DNA from: Jannaschia sp. R86511
GTDB lineage: Bacteria > Actinomycetota > Actinomycetes > Actinomycetales > JBBAYJ01
Direction of reading: 5' to 3'
Assembly (NCBI RefSeq): GCF_042466345.1
Contig: NZ_JAXHCD010000001.1
Location: 113,408-145,407, forward strand
Length of the DNA: 32,000 bases
The first letter of the stretch is position 1. Every line of letters starts with the position of its first letter. Under the pieces are notes generated by a model. The model was not told the DNA's origin. It worked only from the letters and a program-made list of their open reading frames with translations, and did no database searches. Below are positions 28,901 to 32,000 of this stretch, piece after piece. Both the position numbers and the translations under genes were made by a program.

Positions 28901-30460
28901 GTGAGCGACGAGGACGAGACCACCGAGACGACCCGACCGGGCGGGACCACCGCGGAGCGCCCCGGGCGCGACGACGCGGCCGACGCCGAGGCCACGAAGG
29001 ACGAGCCGACGGACGACCTGGTGACCACCGAGCACACGCTGACGGTGGTGGACCCCACCGACCCGGCCACGGCCGCGCGCGAGCTGCGCTACCGGGCCCG
29101 GACCGGTCGGCTGGTCGTGCGCCGCGAGGTCACCGGCAAGGACGGCTTCGAGGGCCACACCGCCGTCGCCGAGATGGCCGTCACCAGCTACGAGGTGCTC
29201 GGCACCGACGGCGACCCGGACACGTCCCGGCCCGTGACGTTCGTGTTCAACGGCGGGCCCGGGGCCTCCAGCGTCTGGCTGCACCTGGGCGTGCTCGGCC
29301 CGCGCCGCGTCGTCATGGGCGACGCCGGGTCGCTCGCCCCGCCGCCGGGCGGGCTGGCCGACAACCAGCAGACGCTGCTGGCCGAGACCGACCTGGTGTT
29401 CATCGACCCGGTGTCGACCGGCTGGTCCCGGGTGCGGTCCGGTCGCAAGGCCGACGAGTTCCACGGCTTCACCGGCGACGTGGAGTCGGTGGCGGAGCTG
29501 ATCCGGCTGTGGACCACCCGCAACGACCGGTGGCTGTCGCCCAAGCTGCTGGCCGGGGAGTCCTACGGCACGCTGCGGGCGGTCGCGGTCGCGTCGCACC
29601 TGCAGCAGCGCCACCACATGCCCGTCAACGGGATCGCGCTGATCTCGATGGTGCTGGACATGGGCACCATCCGGTTCCACCCCGGCGACGACCGCCCCTA
29701 CGTCGGGTTCCTGCCCACCTACGCCGCGCTGGCCCACTTCCACGGCGTCGCGGGCGAGGGCGTGACCGTCGAGGACCACGTCGCGGCGGCGCAGGAGTTC
29801 GCCCGCGGCGACTACGCCTCCGCCCTGGCCGCCGGCGCCCGGCTGGACGCCGACCAGCGCGCCCGGGTGGTGGCCCGGGCCGCCGAGCTGACCGGGCTGA
29901 GCGAGGACTACCTGGACCGGGTCGACCTGCGGGTGGAGCACATGCGCTTCTACTCCGAGCTGCTGCGGCACCGCCGTCAGGTGATCGGCCGCCTCGACGG
30001 CCGCTTCGTCGGATACGAGGACGACTACGGCCGGGAGCGGATGGCCGTCGACCCGTTCATCACCGCGACCGGCGGGCCGTACACGGCGGCGTTCCTGCAC
30101 TACGTCAGCACCGAGCTCGGCTACCGCAACGACCTGCCGTACAAGGTGCTCAGCGAGCTGGTGCACCCGTGGAGCTACAAGGAGTTCGAGGGCCGCTCGG
30201 TCAGCGTGGCCGAGGACCTGGGCGCCCTGCTGCGGCGCAACGAGTTCCTGCGGGTGCACGTGGCGTGCGGGCTGTACGACGGGGCCACCCCGTTCGCCGC
30301 CGCCGAGGACACCATCGCCCAGCTGCGCGTGCCCGCCGCGGCGCGGGAGCGGGTGGAGACCGTCTACTACCCCAGCGGGCACATGATGTACCTGCACGAG
30401 GAGTCCCGGCTGGCCCAGTCCGCCGACCTGGCGCGGTTCGTCCGGGCCTGCCGCCCCTGA
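28901..30460 (+). CDS. Serine carboxypeptidase, peptidase S10 family, with an acidic N-terminal extension
   Basis: 519-aa ORF containing FVFNGGPGASS, the catalytic-serine motif GESYG, and a C-terminal YYPSGHMMY (His). Confidence 0.85.
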   Translation: MSDEDETTETTRPGGTTAERPGRDDAADAEATKDEPTDDLVTTEHTLTVVDPTDPATAARELRYRARTGRLVVRREVTGKDGFEGHTAVAEMAVTSYEVLGTDGDPDTSRPVTFVFNGGPGASSVWLHLGVLGPRRVVMGDAGSLAPPPGGLADNQQTLLAETDLVFIDPVSTGWSRVRSGRKADEFHGFTGDVESVAELIRLWTTRNDRWLSPKLLAGESYGTLRAVAVASHLQQRHHMPVNGIALISMVLDMGTIRFHPGDDRPYVGFLPTYAALAHFHGVAGEGVTVEDHVAAAQEFARGDYASALAAGARLDADQRARVVARAAELTGLSEDYLDRVDLRVEHMRFYSELLRHRRQVIGRLDGRFVGYEDDYGRERMAVDPFITATGGPYTAAFLHYVSTELGYRNDLPYKVLSELVHPWSYKEFEGRSVSVAEDLGALLRRNEFLRVHVACGLYDGATPFAAAEDTIAQLRVPAAARERVETVYYPSGHMMYLHEESRLAQSADLARFVRACRP

Positions 30461-30482
30461 CGCCGTCGTGCCGCCGAGGGCC

Positions 30483-31748
30483 TCAGCCCTCGGCGGCGAT
30501 GTCCAGGCGGAGCTGACCGCCCGGGACGTGCACGTGCTCCACGGCCTCGTAGGCCGTGGAGCGCGCGGCGGCCACGTCGGGGCCCGTGCCCACGACGGTC
30601 AGGACCCGGCCGCCCGCGGTGACCAGGTGCCCGTCCCGCTCCGCGGTGCCGGCGTGCAGCACGTGCGCCCCGGCCACGGCGTCCGCCTCGGTCAGGCCCA
30701 GCACCGCGTCGCCGGTGCGGGGCGAGGCCGGGTAGCCGGGCGCGGCCACGACCACGGCCACGGCGGCGCCGCCGGTCTCCTGCAGCCCGCCCGTGGCCTG
30801 GACGTGCTCGGCCAGGCGCCCCTGCGCGGCGGCCAGGAGCAGGGCCCCCAGCGGCGTGCCGAGCCGGGCCAGGACCACCTGCGCCTCGGGGTCGCCGAGG
30901 CGGACGTTGAACTCGACGACGCGCAGGCCCTCGCCGGTCAGCGCCAGACCGACGTACAGCACACCGGTGAACGGCGTGCCCCGCCCGGCCATCTCGCGCA
31001 GGACCGGTCGGGCGACCTGGTCCAGCACGTCGTCCACGAAGCCCTCGGGCAGCCAGGTGAGCGGGGCGTAGGCGCCCATGCCGCCGGTGTTGGGGCCCTG
31101 CCCGCCGTCGCGCAGCCGCTTGAAGTCCTGCGCCGGGGCCAGGGCGACGACGTCGTCGCCGTCGCACAGGCAGAAGACCGAGACCTCGGGCCCGTCCAGG
31201 TACTCCTCCACGACCACCCGGCCCAACGGCACGTCCAGGCAGGACGCGGCGTGGGCCAGGGCCGCCTCGCGGTCGTCGGTCACCACGACGCCCTTGCCCG
31301 CGGCCAGGCCGTCGTCCTTGACCACGTACGGCGCGCCCAGCTCGTCGACGGCCGCGACGACGGCGTCCAGGTCGTCGCACACGAACGGGCGGGCGGTGGG
31401 TACCCCGGCGGCGGCCATGACCTCCTTGGCGAAGGCCTTGCTGCCCTCCAGCCGGGCCGCGGCGGCGGACGGCCCGAAGCAGGGGATGCCCGCCGCGCGC
31501 ACCGCGTCCGCCGCCCCGGCGACCAGCGGGACCTCGGGGCCCACCACGACCAGGTCGGCGAGCGCCGCGACGGCGAGCTCGGCGATGCCGGCCGGGTCCT
31601 GCATGCCGACGTAGCGGCAGTCGGCCCCCGCGGCGGCCATGCCCGGGTTGCCCGGGGCGGCCACCACCGCGCTCACCCCGTCCTCGGCCAGCAGCGACCG
31701 GACGATGGCGTGCTCCCTGGCACCGGACCCCACGACGACTACGCGCAC
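30483..31748 (-). CDS. purD: Phosphoribosylamine-glycine ligase PurD
   Basis: 421 aa from GTG 31748 (VRVVVVGSGAREHAI, a typical PurD N-terminus) within the 445-aa ORF that begins at a TTG. It has an ATP-grasp core and a conserved C-terminus. Confidence 0.9.
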   Translation of the reverse strand: MRVVVVGSGAREHAIVRSLLAEDGVSAVVAAPGNPGMAAAGADCRYVGMQDPAGIAELAVAALADLVVVGPEVPLVAGAADAVRAAGIPCFGPSAAAARLEGSKAFAKEVMAAAGVPTARPFVCDDLDAVVAAVDELGAPYVVKDDGLAAGKGVVVTDDREAALAHAASCLDVPLGRVVVEEYLDGPEVSVFCLCDGDDVVALAPAQDFKRLRDGGQGPNTGGMGAYAPLTWLPEGFVDDVLDQVARPVLREMAGRGTPFTGVLYVGLALTGEGLRVVEFNVRLGDPEAQVVLARLGTPLGALLLAAAQGRLAEHVQATGGLQETGGAAVAVVVAAPGYPASPRTGDAVLGLTEADAVAGAHVLHAGTAERDGHLVTAGGRVLTVVGTGPDVAAARSTAYEAVEHVHVPGGQLRLDIAAEG

Positions 31749-31756
31749 GGGCAGGG

Positions 31757-31762
31757 AGGCTA
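31757..31762 (-). promoter_or_regulatory. Candidate -10 (TAGCCT) 8 nt upstream of the purD GTG
   Basis: Minus strand reads gaTAGCCTccctgcccGTG. Confidence 0.3.
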
Positions 31763-31798
31763 TCGCTGTCCGGCGCGCCCCGCGGCGGTGGACTGCCG

Positions 31799-31804
31799 TA
31801 CGGT
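31799..31804 (+). promoter_or_regulatory. Candidate leaderless-type -10 (TACGGT) 6 nt upstream of the dehydrogenase GTG
   Basis: Plus strand reads ccgTACGGTccgcggGTG. Confidence 0.35.
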
Positions 31805-31810
31805 CCGCGG

Positions 31811-32000
31811 GTGCGCGCAACCGTGATCCACGCCCTCGGTGACATCCGCTCCGAGACCCGGCCCGACCCCGTCGTCCAGGAGCCGACCGACGCGGTCGTG
31901 CGGGTCCTGGCGACCTGCGTTTGCGGCTCCGACCTGTGGCCCTACCGGGGCGAGAACCCGGTGGACGAGCCGCACGGGATCGGCCACGAGCACGTCGGGG
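31811..32000 (+). CDS. Zinc-dependent alcohol dehydrogenase family protein, N-terminal fragment (runs out of the window)
   Basis: Hand translation from GTG 31811: VRATVIHALGDIRSETRPDPVVQEPTDAVVRVLATCVCGSDLWPYRG...GIGHEHVG. It carries the CGSDL and GHE zinc-site motifs. This ORF is absent from the supplied track because it is open-ended. Confidence 0.75.
   Translation, partial: MRATVIHALGDIRSETRPDPVVQEPTDAVVRVLATCVCGSDLWPYRGENPVDEPHGIGHEHVG

Noticed and set aside
1-32000. I scanned for CRISPR arrays, tRNA or rRNA genes, transposases or integrases, inverted terminal repeats, toxin-antitoxin pairs and defence-system-like genes.
   Set aside because: None was seen. All sizeable ORFs with coding-type composition are accounted for by flagellar, purine-biosynthesis or ordinary housekeeping functions.

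Overview
This is a very GC-rich, actinobacterial-type chromosomal segment. All calls come from reading the supplied six-frame ORFs and the nucleotide sequence by eye; no searches were run.

Positions 1 to about 23,420 hold a large flagellar locus. Its gene order closely follows the Bacillus fla/che and flgM-hag blocks.
- Minus strand, structural genes: flgB-flgC-fliE-fliF-fliG-fliH-fliI-fliJ-[NlpC/P60+SLT hydrolase]-fliK-flgD-flgE. These are followed by two hairpins and a sigma-28-type promoter.
- Minus strand, motor genes: flbD-motA-motB-fliL-fliM-fliN. fliN is truncated at the window edge.
- Minus strand, filament genes: fliC (flagellin), a strong hairpin, then fliD-fliS-[136-aa unknown].
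- A FliA/WhiG-family sigma factor lies upstream of fliC.
- Plus strand, divergent from the sigma gene: flgN-like-flgK-flgL-fliW.
- Most junctions are 4-nt GTGA/ATGA or 1-nt TGATG overlaps. I used these to trim run-on ORFs to realistic starts.

Positions about 23,460 to 32,000 are housekeeping genes: a SIS-domain protein, purS, a PadR regulator with a coupled polytopic membrane protein, a 216-aa hypothetical, an MBL-fold hydrolase, purC, an S10 serine carboxypeptidase, purD and the start of a Zn-dependent dehydrogenase.

I saw no rRNA, tRNA, CRISPR, transposase or integrase, and no clearly novel stand-alone multi-gene system. The most interesting material is inside the flagellar locus:
1. A signal-peptide-less dual peptidoglycan hydrolase sits in the fliJ-fliK slot.
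2. A promoter motif, CTCA(G/T)-N15-GCCGA(T/A)C, recurs with identical geometry before fliC, flgN and flbD.
3. The sigma factor has a C-terminal tail, and the flgM and csrA genes expected beside flgN and fliW are absent, even though the flagellin leader carries CsrA-like GGA sites.
4. An unknown protein occupies the fliT slot.
5. There are several short tandem repeats, within fliK and flbD and in the motB-fliL and fliK-flgD spacers.

The housekeeping part shows a run of apparent leaderless promoters (TANNNT placed 6-8 nt before the start codon). This contrasts with the Shine-Dalgarno-led flagellar genes.
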